Part shown: one piece after another, positions 36,224 to 44,358 of the stretch
How positions within the stretch are numbered: the first letter of the stretch is position 1
How the letters are laid out: every line of letters starts with the position of its first letter
Assembly (NCBI GenBank): GCA_042571125.1
Contig: JBHPFU010000002.1
Location: forward strand, 32,985 to 96,984
Direction of reading: 5' to 3'
Source of the DNA: Nanobdellota archaeon
GTDB lineage: Archaea > Nanobdellota > Nanobdellia > Woesearchaeales > UBA10107
Length of the DNA stretch: 64,000 nucleotides
Notes under the pieces: generated by a model
The model's database searches: none
The model's input: only the letters and a program-made list of their open reading frames with translations
Told to the model about the DNA's origin: nothing
Translations under genes and position numbers: made by a program

Positions 36224-36727
36224 ATGGATTTTATAGCGCATTTATTGTGGACTTGGATTGTTTTCTATAGATCTAAGATTTTGAAGTATGCATTGCTTGT
36301 CGGAGTTCTTCCTGATTTCCTGTCTTGGGGGATCTATTCGGTCTCTAGAATAAACGAACAAGTTATAGGCAGACCGATTCTCTCAGAACTTCCAAACTGG
36401 CTTTTTACTTCATATAATATTACTCACAGTCTGGTTATTTTTCTTTTAGTTTTTGGGTTAGTGTGGCTTATTTTCAAGAAAGTTCCTTTCTATCTTTTTG
36501 CATGGCCAGTACATATTGGAATGGATATGTTTTCACATACAAAAGAATTCTTTCCAACTCCTTTCCTTTGGCCTTTATCTAATTTTACTTTTTCAGGAGT
36601 TGTCTGGGCAAGTCCTAAGTTCATGCTTATTAATTATGGGTTGATTGTTGTTTTTGCTGTGACAATGTTAATTTTTAAGAAAAATCTTTTGTTAATGATT
36701 AAAGATAAAGTTAAAAGTTATTTCTAA
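36224..36727 (+). CDS. membrane protein, YdjM/DUF457-like putative metal-dependent hydrolase
   Basis: Has 4-5 TM helices and His residues at helix ends (DFIAHLLW, ITHSL, VHIGMDMFSH). Confidence 0.4.
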   Translation: MDFIAHLLWTWIVFYRSKILKYALLVGVLPDFLSWGIYSVSRINEQVIGRPILSELPNWLFTSYNITHSLVIFLLVFGLVWLIFKKVPFYLFAWPVHIGMDMFSHTKEFFPTPFLWPLSNFTFSGVVWASPKFMLINYGLIVVFAVTMLIFKKNLLLMIKDKVKSYF

Positions 36728-37248
36728 ACATTCTTTAAAAGGACGAAAGTACTGTAATTATTCTCTACAATATCCTTGTCTAATATTTTCAAACCATAAT
36801 GTAAACAAGTATCTAAATTCGCTATTGCGATCCCTTTTTTAGTTTCAGAAACAATTTTTGCTGCTGATTCTGTGCTTGTTGTTGATTCTCTTTCTGATTC
36901 TGGATAATTAAGATCTAGGTAATTCTTACATTGTTTTAGAACTTCTGGATGAGATTTTATTATGCTGTGATTCCCATTTGCACAGCCAAGGTTATGATTG
37001 ATTGGAATTGCGAATTCTTTTATTGTTTCATATCCGTTTATTAAAGAACTATATCTTGTAATCTCTCCCGTTATTGAATTTCTAATCGGGATTAGAATTC
37101 TATCAACTTTTTTATCTTTTAAAGCTTGAAAAACAAGTTCCATTCTAGAATACATTACTAATTCATCTATCGAACTTGCGCATTTTTGCGCTGCGATTAC
37201 ACTATTAGTTTTAGGACCAAGACAACCAAACTTCATTTCAAACACCAA
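36724..37248 (-). CDS. prephenate dehydratase catalytic (PDT) domain protein without an ACT domain
   Basis: LGPKTNS..AA, D..LIPIRNSITGEI, IKSHPEVLKQC, ESTTSTESAAK and NYSTFVLL follow the PheA PDT pattern. The protein ends where the ACT domain would begin. Confidence 0.6.
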   Translation of the reverse strand: MVFEMKFGCLGPKTNSVIAAQKCASSIDELVMYSRMELVFQALKDKKVDRILIPIRNSITGEITRYSSLINGYETIKEFAIPINHNLGCANGNHSIIKSHPEVLKQCKNYLDLNYPESERESTTSTESAAKIVSETKKGIAIANLDTCLHYGLKILDKDIVENNYSTFVLLKNV

Positions 37249-37372
37249 AGAATTAATTATGAAGCTTTAGCTAGTTAAAAAACCAGAAAAACCCAAACAT
37301 ACTAGTTTGCTTCATGAGACTTAGAAATTAGTTAATCATATTTAAATTTATCGTTAAACATCAAATTTAGAA

Positions 37373-37747
37373 TTATGCTACTAGTTTTACTTTATCCCCA
37401 AAGTATTTCTTAACCCACTCTTTTGGGTCTTTAATATACCCTTCAAGAACATCTGTTGATTTTTGATGATTTTGCCCGATCCCAAAAATTACTAAACCAA
37501 GTATGACTGGGTCTACCCAAGATAAAAAAGTAGAAGAAATTGGTAAAAAGTCACCTAAAATCCTAAATCCAATCATTGCAACAAATCCAAACACGAAAAT
37601 CTTTATCATTTCGTGGAATACAATCTTACTTGCCACTTTAGCAACCACGTCAGCGTCTTTCTTCTTTAATTGGCCTTTATTAATACTTTCTCTAATTTTA
37701 GGATCTATTTTTTTAAGAACTCTAGAAGTTACTTGTTTATCTCTCAT
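37373..37747 (-). CDS. small membrane protein, hypothetical
   Basis: 124-aa ORF with two hydrophobic helices. No motif recognised. Confidence 0.4.
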   Translation of the reverse strand: MRDKQVTSRVLKKIDPKIRESINKGQLKKKDADVVAKVASKIVFHEMIKIFVFGFVAMIGFRILGDFLPISSTFLSWVDPVILGLVIFGIGQNHQKSTDVLEGYIKDPKEWVKKYFGDKVKLVA

Positions 37748-37791
37748 ATATATTATATTCTTAGGTAATATATAAACTTTTTGTCAAAAAA

Positions 37792-37874
37792 CGCCAGCGG
37801 CAGGATTTGAACCTGCAAGTCCAGAGGACGGTCGCTTTCGAGGCGACTGCAATACCGGGTTATGCGACACTGGC
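37792..37874 (-). tRNA. tRNA-Ser (anticodon CGA)
   Basis: The reverse complement folds with acceptor GCCAGTG/CGCTGGC, anticodon stem GTCGC/GCGAC with loop CTCGAAA, long variable arm GTCC-TCT-GGAC, and T arm GCAGG-TTCAAAT-CCTGC. Confidence 0.85.
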
Positions 37875-37878
37875 AAGA

Positions 37879-38328
37879 TTAAAAGTCTATTTTTCTCATT
37901 TTGAAGCTAATTACATAGTTTGCTCCAAAAGTAAATAAGCCTAACGCAACAGTTGTAATTAAACGAGCAAAAATATAGTGCATTCCAGTATTCTGTACGA
38001 TTATCCCAACTAGGCTTGTCGCTAAAGTTACTGCAATCAAACTAAACAAGAAAAAGAACGAAGCTGAGTGCATAACTGTAGCTTTGGTATCTTTAAATTC
38101 CCAATTTTTATGAAGTATGTAACTAGCAATCATTCCAATTGAAAATGAAATTGCTATAGAGTATAGGTAATATAAATTAAAAACCTCAATAAGCAATATT
38201 AAAAATATATAATCTATTAATTCTGCAAAACTTCCTACAGAGAAATATTTAATCATTCTAGTTATAAAAACTGAAGCGTGTCCACCTAATGAAGTTATCC
38301 TATTTAATTTCTCAAGTATTTTTGACAT
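37879..38328 (-). CDS. GtrA-like membrane protein
   Basis: Four TM helices with YFSVGSFAELIDYIFLILL...HKNWEFK, typical of the GtrA family. The track ORF extends to 38460 across tRNA genes. ATG 38328 has its own TATA box 23 nt upstream. Confidence 0.6.
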   Translation of the reverse strand: MSKILEKLNRITSLGGHASVFITRMIKYFSVGSFAELIDYIFLILLIEVFNLYYLYSIAISFSIGMIASYILHKNWEFKDTKATVMHSASFFFLFSLIAVTLATSLVGIIVQNTGMHYIFARLITTVALGLFTFGANYVISFKMRKIDF

Positions 38329-38350
38329 ATTGTAAAGTTTGCATACTTTT

Positions 38351-38359
38351 GTTATAAAC
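38351..38359 (-). promoter_or_regulatory. TATA box (GTTTATAAC on the minus strand) for the GtrA-like gene
   Basis: Lies 23 nt upstream of ATG 38328, matching the leaderless spacing seen elsewhere in the window. Confidence 0.45.
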
Positions 38360-38366
38360 ATTTCTA

Positions 38367-38441
38367 TGCCCCGTACGGGATTCGAACCCGTGTCTTCGGA
38401 TCGAGAACCCGAAATGATTGGCCGGACTACACAAACGGGGC
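38367..38441 (-). tRNA. tRNA-Glu (anticodon CTC)
   Basis: The reverse complement is GCCCCGT-TT-GTGTAGTCCGGCCAATCAT-T-TCGGG-TTCTCGA-TCCGA-AGAC-ACGGG-TTCGAAT-CCCGT-ACGGGGC-A, with a 7-bp acceptor and 5-bp T stem. Confidence 0.85.
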
Positions 38442-38451
38442 AAATGAAAAA

Positions 38452-38526
38452 TGAGCCCAACGGGATTCGAACCCGCGACCTTCCGATTAAGAGTCGGACG
38501 CTCTAACCAGACTGAGCTATGGGCCC
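38452..38526 (-). tRNA. tRNA-Lys (anticodon CTT)
   Basis: The reverse complement is GGGCCCA-TA-GCTC-AGTCTGGTTA-GAGC-G-TCCGA-CTCTTAA-TCGGA-AGGTC-GCGGG-TTCGAAT-CCCGT-TGGGCTC-A. Confidence 0.85.
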
Positions 38527-38536
38527 ATTGTAAGGA

Positions 38537-38620
38537 CGCCGACGCCCGGATTTGAACCGGGATATCCGTGAGGAAACAAGCTTTCCAGGCTTGCGCAGTA
38601 CCAGGTTGTGCCACGTCGGC
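38537..38620 (-). tRNA. tRNA-Ser (anticodon GGA)
   Basis: The reverse complement has acceptor GCCGACG/CGTCGGC, anticodon stem CAAGC/GCTTG with loop CTGGAAA, a long variable arm, and T arm CCCGG-TTCAAAT-CCGGG. Confidence 0.85.
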
Positions 38621-38642
38621 ATAGAAATAAGGTTAAAATGCC

Positions 38643-38652
38643 TATTTTTAAA
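38643..38652 (-). promoter_or_regulatory. TATA box (TTTAAAAATA on the minus strand) for the tRNA-Ser/Lys/Glu cluster
   Basis: Ends 23 nt upstream of the tRNA-Ser(GGA) 5' end at 38620. It overlaps the HIT gene stop codon. Confidence 0.45.
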
Positions 38653-39055
38653 GGTTTTGGGTTATTTTTTCGGCTAATTCTGCAGCTTCTCCTTCTTGAT
38701 ATTTGCCTTGAGGCCAGAATTCTAAGCCGTCATCCTTAAACCTGGGGATTATATGATTATGGAAATGCGGAACAAGTTGCCCGCCGGTTGGTTTATTGCT
38801 CTGAGTTACACCAAATCCATCTGTTCCTACTGTTTCAATAACTGCCCTTGCTACCTTTTTAGTCACTTGCGCTACCTCAGCTAAAACATCTTCAGGCATA
38901 TCAAGCAATGTTTCGTAATGTTCTTTAGGAATAACCAGAGTATGTCCTTTGTTAACAGGACCAATATCTAAAAAAGCCAAGATTTTGTCAGTCTCGTAAA
39001 CTTTATTTGCAGGAAGTTCTCCTTTTATTATTTTACAAAATATACAGTCAGTCAT
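38648..39055 (-). CDS. HIT-family nucleotide hydrolase/transferase (histidine triad)
   Basis: CIFCKII..., KGHTLVIPK and the histidine triad HFHNHIIP. Confidence 0.8.
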   Translation of the reverse strand: MTDCIFCKIIKGELPANKVYETDKILAFLDIGPVNKGHTLVIPKEHYETLLDMPEDVLAEVAQVTKKVARAVIETVGTDGFGVTQSNKPTGGQLVPHFHNHIIPRFKDDGLEFWPQGKYQEGEAAELAEKITQNL

Positions 39056-39669
39056 ATTTCCACCCCGAGTTTTTTTAATTCTTGTTTTAATTGAGTATTT
39101 GATTCGAATCTAATAGCATTAAACCCAAGTTTCTTTGCTCCGCCAGTATTTGTTCCTAAGTTATCAATAAAAATACATTGGTTTGGTTTCAGCTTAATAT
39201 GTTTGAGTACGGTTTTATATATTTTTGGATGGGGTTTTAATACGCCGATCTCATAAGAGGCAAAAATCTTATGAAAATATTTTGCTAAGCCATACTTATC
39301 TCTTTCATACTCAAACCATTCTTGCATATGGTTTGTTAAAGCATAGACTTTGTATTTTTTTCTTAATCTTCTAAGTATTTCATATTTACTTTTATTTACT
39401 TTGTTCATTCCTAGTGCAATTCTCTTAAGAGCCACAGAATTTTTTAATTTAATGCGCTTTGCAATCTTGTTAATGAACTCATCAAATGTTATTTTTCCTG
39501 TCTGTCCATCCGACATGTTCCTTCTTATAACTCCTTCTGCATCTTTAAAAGATACTTTAAATCTTTTAGAAACTTTTTCAATATATGGGCGAGTTATACC
39601 TGGGTGTGTGATAACTCCTCCAATATCAAAAATAATTGCTTTTATCATTTCTTTTTGTACAGCATCCAA
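39052..39669 (-). CDS. HAD-superfamily phosphatase (subfamily IA-like)
   Basis: Motif I is IIFDIGGVIT, motif II is ALTN, and motif III/IV is FIDNLGTN. Has 4-nt and 25-nt overlaps with its neighbours. Confidence 0.7.
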   Translation of the reverse strand: MDAVQKEMIKAIIFDIGGVITHPGITRPYIEKVSKRFKVSFKDAEGVIRRNMSDGQTGKITFDEFINKIAKRIKLKNSVALKRIALGMNKVNKSKYEILRRLRKKYKVYALTNHMQEWFEYERDKYGLAKYFHKIFASYEIGVLKPHPKIYKTVLKHIKLKPNQCIFIDNLGTNTGGAKKLGFNAIRFESNTQLKQELKKLGVEI

Positions 39670-40196
39670 GTATATCCTTTTGGTTCGATATCTTCTTTTT
39701 TGATATCCAATAATTTAAACACTTGTTTTACTTTTTCTCTTGCAGGAGATATTTGATTTTTTCTTTCACATAAAACCTCTATTTCTGCAAACCATCCAAG
39801 AGATTTTACTTTATTCAGCTCTATGTTTGTTCCTTTATAATTATATGTTTCACTATATTTTATTTTCTTGACAAATGGTTTAAAATCAAACTCATCTAAG
39901 AAATCGATAAATCCTTTTTCATCATCTATATTAAATTCATGTTCTTTTTTTGCATAAATCAGAGCAGGTCTTCTGCTTGTTTTGAATGTTGCAATTGTTT
40001 TCTTGCCTTCTTTTCTAATCCTAAATCTTTGACTAGGATATCCCTTAATTGATTTCTCTTTGAAATATAGATCGGTCTTTGTTGTTTTCTTTACAAAACG
40101 CGCTATCTTCTTTATCTTCTTGCGCATTTTTTCAGGATCTTTTACACGGATTTTAGCTTCAACTTCGTAATGCATTTTATCACTCTTGTTTAACAA
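39645..40196 (-). CDS. CYTH-domain protein (CyaB-like class IV adenylyl cyclase / triphosphate tunnel metalloenzyme)
   Basis: Has the N-terminal YEVEAKIRV (ExExK) motif, then RFRIRKEG..ATFK, EHEFNI and IELNKVKSLGWFAEIEV. Confidence 0.7.
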   Translation of the reverse strand: MLNKSDKMHYEVEAKIRVKDPEKMRKKIKKIARFVKKTTKTDLYFKEKSIKGYPSQRFRIRKEGKKTIATFKTSRRPALIYAKKEHEFNIDDEKGFIDFLDEFDFKPFVKKIKYSETYNYKGTNIELNKVKSLGWFAEIEVLCERKNQISPAREKVKQVFKLLDIKKEDIEPKGYTWMLYKKK

Positions 40197-40968
40197 GCCC
40201 TCCTTTTATTTTTGCTTTATCGATACAGTTACCAAAATAAAATGATACAATAACTAAAAATACTAAATTAAGTGCAACTGCTTTCATAAGCATGATTCCA
40301 TCAAAAACTCCAGTAGATATTACCGAACGCATGCCTTCAAAAACGTGGGTTAAAGGAAACCATATTGCAACTTTTTGCAGCAATTCTGGAAGGCTTGAGA
40401 GAGGGTAAAAAACACAAGAGAAAGGCTGTACAAGCCACACAACACTCCATGCAAAAACCTGTATTCTCTGACCATATCTGAATATAATTGACGAAACAAA
40501 TATTCCTAAAATCCATGCAAACAAAATAATATTTACAAGGAAATAAGCTAGAGCAATCCAGTTGAGTGCAATCATGTTAAATGAAAATAATGCCCAACCA
40601 AGAAATGCTAAGAATAAAAATGTGATAAAGGCTTTTATCAAACTAAAAATGGATATTGAAGCCATTATACTGGTTGGTGTTGCGGGAGATACAAAAAGAT
40701 TGAGTAAGTTCCCGCTCCAAAAATCTTCAAGAATATATGTTGCTATATCTTGCTGTGCTCTTTGAAAAAATGTCCATAATATTATCCCACCTACAAAAAA
40801 AGACACAATCATTGAATTATTGACCATGCCTAAAATATAACGTGATGTAAGCCCCCACACAAGTAAAGAAAGAAAAGGCCAATACACTATTTCAAAAATA
40901 CGGTCAATCTTTCCAATTGTTATGTACCAGTACTTTAATAGCAATCCCTGGATTACATTTAGTTTCAT
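40180..40968 (-). CDS. ABC-2 type transporter permease
   Basis: Six TM helices with the ABC-2 layout. ATGA overlap with the upstream ATPase gene. Confidence 0.7.
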   Translation of the reverse strand: MKLNVIQGLLLKYWYITIGKIDRIFEIVYWPFLSLLVWGLTSRYILGMVNNSMIVSFFVGGIILWTFFQRAQQDIATYILEDFWSGNLLNLFVSPATPTSIMASISIFSLIKAFITFLFLAFLGWALFSFNMIALNWIALAYFLVNIILFAWILGIFVSSIIFRYGQRIQVFAWSVVWLVQPFSCVFYPLSSLPELLQKVAIWFPLTHVFEGMRSVISTGVFDGIMLMKAVALNLVFLVIVSFYFGNCIDKAKIKGGLVKQE

Positions 40969-41870
40969 AGTTCACCTTTTGCAATCTTGATAAAGACTTG
41001 CTCTAATCTTGGTTTATTTACCGTAATATCACTTACTTTGAATCCTGCTTCAAATATTTTTTTGAGAATTTCTGCAAGCTTGTGTTCTTTGTAATCCAGC
41101 TCAAACTTGATACTGTTTCTTTTTACTGAAATAATGTTTACATTTAATTTTTCAAAAAATTCTTTGAAGTTTTTCTTTGGGGTTTTTAACTTAATCTTTA
41201 TTATTTGTTTTTTAATTAGTTTTTTTATCTCAGTGGATGTTCCCATCTTCAATATTTTTCCTTTGCTTAAGAAAGCAATTCTATCGCAAAGCTCGTCAAC
41301 TTCTTTCATAATGTGACTAGTGAATAAGATTGTGTTTTTTGTTTTTTTATGCACTTCTTTGATTATATCTCTTGTCTTTTGAGCCATGTATGGATCAAGA
41401 CCAACCGTGCATTCGTCCATTAGCAAAACTTCAGGATCGTTTATGAAAGCTTTACAAAGAATTAATCTTGTGTTTTCTCCAGAACTTAAAGTGTATGCTC
41501 TCTTTTTTCTCAAATGGCTTATCTCAAATGATTCCATTAATTCGTTTATTTTTTTCTTAGCATTCTTAACGCCATAGAGTTTTGCATATACTCTTAGATT
41601 TTGTTCGACGGTTAATGTGCCATTTAAACGAGAATACGCAGTTGCAATATTCATTTTCTCTTTAATTTCATCAGCTTGTTTTCCTAGAATCTCTACCGTA
41701 CCTGAATTTTCTTTCAATAAACCCGCAACAATATTAATCGTTGTTGACTTGCCTGCACCGTTTGGTCCAAGCAATCCAAATATCTCTCCTTTTTTAATTT
41801 CAAAAGAAATACCTTTAAGTGCTTCTTTGCCTTGATAACTTTTCCTAAGATTCTTTATTTTTATTGACAT
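40965..41870 (-). CDS. ABC transporter ATP-binding protein (ABC-2/drug-exporter type)
   Basis: Has Walker A GPNGAGKST, signature LSSGENTR, Walker B LLMDECTVGLD and an H-loop. Confidence 0.9.
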   Translation of the reverse strand: MSIKIKNLRKSYQGKEALKGISFEIKKGEIFGLLGPNGAGKSTTINIVAGLLKENSGTVEILGKQADEIKEKMNIATAYSRLNGTLTVEQNLRVYAKLYGVKNAKKKINELMESFEISHLRKKRAYTLSSGENTRLILCKAFINDPEVLLMDECTVGLDPYMAQKTRDIIKEVHKKTKNTILFTSHIMKEVDELCDRIAFLSKGKILKMGTSTEIKKLIKKQIIKIKLKTPKKNFKEFFEKLNVNIISVKRNSIKFELDYKEHKLAEILKKIFEAGFKVSDITVNKPRLEQVFIKIAKGEL

Positions 41871-41877
41871 TTTATTG

Positions 41878-41962
41878 TGGACTGGCCGGGATTTTCAATT
41901 TCTTTTTGAACCCGGAGCCTCCCCGAAGCCAACGGGGTGCGATACCGTTTCGCCACCAGCCC
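41878..41962 (-). tRNA. tRNA-Ala (anticodon GGC) carrying a 13-nt non-canonical intron in the T loop
   Basis: The reverse complement is GGGCTGG-TG-GCGA-AACGGTA-TCGC-A-CCCCG-TTGGCTT-CGGGG-AGGCT-CCGGG-[TTCAAAAAGAAATTGAAAAT]-CCCGG-CCAGTCC-A. It has G3:U70. The T loop is 20 nt instead of 7. U at position 37 is atypical. Confidence 0.65.
41892..41904 (-). other. predicted tRNA intron (AAGAAAUUGAAAA) at position 59/60
   Basis: UUCA/UGAA forms a 4-bp helix flanked by 3-nt bulges AAA and AAU next to the T stem (relaxed BHB). Excising these 13 nt leaves the canonical UUCAAAU loop. Confidence 0.55.
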
Positions 41963-41969
41963 AGTAAGA

Positions 41970-42185
41970 TCATCTCGCTGCTATTTTGATGTCGCCTTCT
42001 TGGACTGTTTTTCTTCCAGAATGTTTTGCTATCTGAGCTGCTTTTTCTGCAACATCTCTTGCTAATCCTTCAATAACATCAGCAAAAGCGTTGATTGCAT
42101 CTGCAGAAACTCTTTTTGCACCAGCGTTCATAAGAATTCTTCCAACCGGTGCTTTTGGAATAATACTAACTTTCCTTTGAGCCAT
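41970..42185 (-). CDS. archaeal histone (HMf family)
   Basis: 71-aa histone fold: PKAPVGRILMNAGAKRVSADAINAFADVIEGLARDVAEKAAQIAKHSGRKTVQEGDIKIA. Confidence 0.85.
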   Translation of the reverse strand: MAQRKVSIIPKAPVGRILMNAGAKRVSADAINAFADVIEGLARDVAEKAAQIAKHSGRKTVQEGDIKIAAR

Positions 42186-42350
42186 TTTATCAACCCCTCT
42201 TATTAATGTATAGGATAATCTAAGCTTGTTTTAAATAGGTTTCGGTTTCAAAAGGATGGAGAAGCCTCAAAATAGTCTGAAATTGATTAAACTGGCTTAT
42301 TTTTTAGAATAAGCAAAAGAATTTTAAAGAGTAACAAAATAGTTGATAGT

Positions 42351-44021
42351 ATGGAGAAAACAATCCGAAAATATGCATTACAAAACGCAATAAGATTTGA
42401 TGGCAAAGCAAATCCTGGAAACATTATTGGAAAGGTTATTGGCGATAATCCTAAATTAAAAGATAAAATGAAGGATGTTGTCAAAGACATACAAGGAATT
42501 GTAAAGGAAGTTAATTCTATGTCTGTTGAAGAACAGACTAAAGAACTAAAAAAATTAGCTCCAGAATTATTAGAAGAAAAGAAAGTTGAGAAGAAAGATC
42601 TAAAAGAACTTCCAAATGCTAAGAAAGGAAAAGTAGTCATGAGATTTGAACCTTCTCCAAGCGGAGCATTACATATTGGTCATGCGTGTGTTCTTAACCT
42701 AAACTCAGAGTATTGTAAAAGATATGACGGAAAATTAATCTTAAGAATTTCTGATACAAATCCAGAAAATATTTACGAACCAGTCTATGAATTAATACCT
42801 GAAAATGCGAACTGGCTTACAGGTAACAATGTAAGTGAAGTTGTTTTCCAAAGTTCAAGGCTCGGAACATACTATGATGCTGCTGAAAAACTAATTGATA
42901 TGGGAAAGGCCTATGTTTGCAGGTGTGATCCTGAAGAATTCAGAAAATTAATATTCAAGAAAAAAGCATGCAAGTGCAGAAGCAATTCTATTGAAGAGAA
43001 CCATCAATTATATGACAGAATGTTTTCTGACTTAAAACCTGGTGAAGCGGTCATTAGAATTAAAACCGATATCGATCATCCAAATCCTGCATTGCGAGAC
43101 TGGCCTGCGATGAGAATAAATCTTCACGAGCATCCAAAAACAGGAACAGAACATAGAGTCTGGCCTTTAATGAACCTGGCGGTTGCAGTTGATGATCATG
43201 AGATGGGAGTTACTCATACCATAAGAGCAAAAGATCATATTGATAATGAAAGAAAACAGAGTTATGTTTTTGATTACATGGGATGGAAAATGCCTGAACA
43301 TGTTTATGTTGGAAGAATTAATTTTGAAGATATGGCTGTAAGTTCATCTGAGACAAGAAAACTTATTGATTATAAAAAGTTTGAGGGATGGGATGACATC
43401 AGACTTCCATTCCTGCCTGCTCTGAAAAGAAGAGGATATCGGCCAGAAGCATTCTTAAAATATACAATCGACGGAGGAGTCACTCAGAATGATAAAACAG
43501 TTAGCAAAGAAGAATATTTCAAATCATTGAATCATTTTAACAAAGAAGTTATTGAACCAAAAGCATACAGATACTTTTTCATAAAAGATCCTGTTAAAAT
43601 TAAAGTAGAAGGAGCACAGGAACAATTGGTTGAACTTGACCTACATCCGGATAACAAAAAAGGCGGAAGGAAATTTAAAACTTCAGAAGAGTTTTACATT
43701 GAAAAAGAAGACCTAAAAGAATTCAAAGATGGAGAATTAATTAGATTAATGGATTGTTTGAATTTTATTAAGCAAAAAAATAAGTTTGTATTTGATTCAA
43801 TCGATTATACAAAGTTCAAAGAGGAAGGGAAAAAGATAATCCATTGGCTTCCTGTCAATGAAACAATAAAAGTCTCTCTTTTGATGGAAGATAATAAGCT
43901 AGTAAACGGGATAGCAGAGAAAGGTGTTGATAAAATAAAAACAGATTCTGTTGTTCAGTTTGAAAGGCTAGGTTTCTGTAGATGTGACTCTAAAAGCAAA
44001 TTCTGGTTTGGGCATAGGTGA
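42351..44021 (+). CDS. gltX: glutamyl-tRNA synthetase, archaeal type
   Basis: Has the HIGH motif PSPSGALHIGHA, an archaeal N-terminal extension (YALQNAIRFDGKANPG) and a class-I GlxRS core (RISDTNPE, THTIRAKDH). Confidence 0.9.
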   Translation: MEKTIRKYALQNAIRFDGKANPGNIIGKVIGDNPKLKDKMKDVVKDIQGIVKEVNSMSVEEQTKELKKLAPELLEEKKVEKKDLKELPNAKKGKVVMRFEPSPSGALHIGHACVLNLNSEYCKRYDGKLILRISDTNPENIYEPVYELIPENANWLTGNNVSEVVFQSSRLGTYYDAAEKLIDMGKAYVCRCDPEEFRKLIFKKKACKCRSNSIEENHQLYDRMFSDLKPGEAVIRIKTDIDHPNPALRDWPAMRINLHEHPKTGTEHRVWPLMNLAVAVDDHEMGVTHTIRAKDHIDNERKQSYVFDYMGWKMPEHVYVGRINFEDMAVSSSETRKLIDYKKFEGWDDIRLPFLPALKRRGYRPEAFLKYTIDGGVTQNDKTVSKEEYFKSLNHFNKEVIEPKAYRYFFIKDPVKIKVEGAQEQLVELDLHPDNKKGGRKFKTSEEFYIEKEDLKEFKDGELIRLMDCLNFIKQKNKFVFDSIDYTKFKEEGKKIIHWLPVNETIKVSLLMEDNKLVNGIAEKGVDKIKTDSVVQFERLGFCRCDSKSKFWFGHR

Positions 44022-44045
44022 TTCACCACTTATAGAGCCTAAAAA

Positions 44046-44064
44046 CGCTGAATTCAGCGGTTTT
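44046..44064 (+). terminator. hairpin plus T-run after gltX
   Basis: A perfect 14-nt palindrome CGCTGAATTCAGCG is followed by GTTTT, 25 nt after the gltX stop. Confidence 0.3.
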
Positions 44065-44160
44065 AAGCGAAAACTTTATATAAGATGATATATTAAAATT
44101 GCTTAGAAGGCTTGAAATGAATGTTTTCAGAGCTTTAAAACATATGAGGTGGTTATAAAA

Positions 44161-44331
44161 ATGGCTGAAAGTTTAGTAGTAAAAGCAAAAATCAAAGATG
44201 TAGCTACAGGATACAATGTTGCAGGAGACCTTGCAGACGCTTTAAGCGGAAAGGTTGAACAACTTGTTAAAGACGCTTGCGAAAGAGCAAAAGCAAACGG
44301 AAGAAGAACTGTTATGGCTAAAGATCTTTAA
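44161..44331 (+). CDS. small histone-fold-like protein (DUF1931-like)
   Basis: MAESLVVKAKIKD...AGDLADALSGKVEQLVKDACERAKANGRRTVMAKDL resembles the DUF1931 single histone-fold family. SD GAGGTGG lies 9 nt upstream of ATG 44161. Confidence 0.5.
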   Translation: MAESLVVKAKIKDVATGYNVAGDLADALSGKVEQLVKDACERAKANGRRTVMAKDL

Positions 44332-44336
44332 ACTTA

Positions 44337-44358
44337 TTTCTTTTTTTTTTATTTTTTT
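44337..44358 (+). terminator. oligo-T terminator (T10 then T7)
   Basis: TTTCTTTTTTTTTTATTTTTTT lies immediately after the stop at 44331. Archaeal RNA polymerase terminates at oligo-T tracts. Confidence 0.5.

Noticed and set aside
37249-37372. An imperfect inverted repeat (ATGAAGC…CTAGT / ACTAG…GCTTCAT) between two minus-strand genes.
   Set aside because: The stems are short and interrupted, with a 25-nt A-rich loop. It could be a weak terminator or pure chance in AT-rich DNA, and there is not enough evidence to call a feature.
37874-38367. A mitochondrion-like tRNA punctuation model, with a leaderless GtrA mRNA produced purely by tRNA processing.
   Set aside because: A TATA box (38351-38359) sits 23 nt upstream of ATG 38328, exactly matching the leaderless geometry seen elsewhere. 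An independent promoter is therefore the simpler explanation. Only the downstream tRNA-Ser(CGA) remains a possible co-transcript.
38312-38614. 100-aa minus-strand ORF, and the N-terminal 44 codons of track ORF 37879-38460.
   Set aside because: They run straight through the tRNA-Glu, tRNA-Lys and tRNA-Ser genes. They are GC-rich only because of tRNA sequence. The GtrA-like gene has its own TATA box and ATG at 38328.
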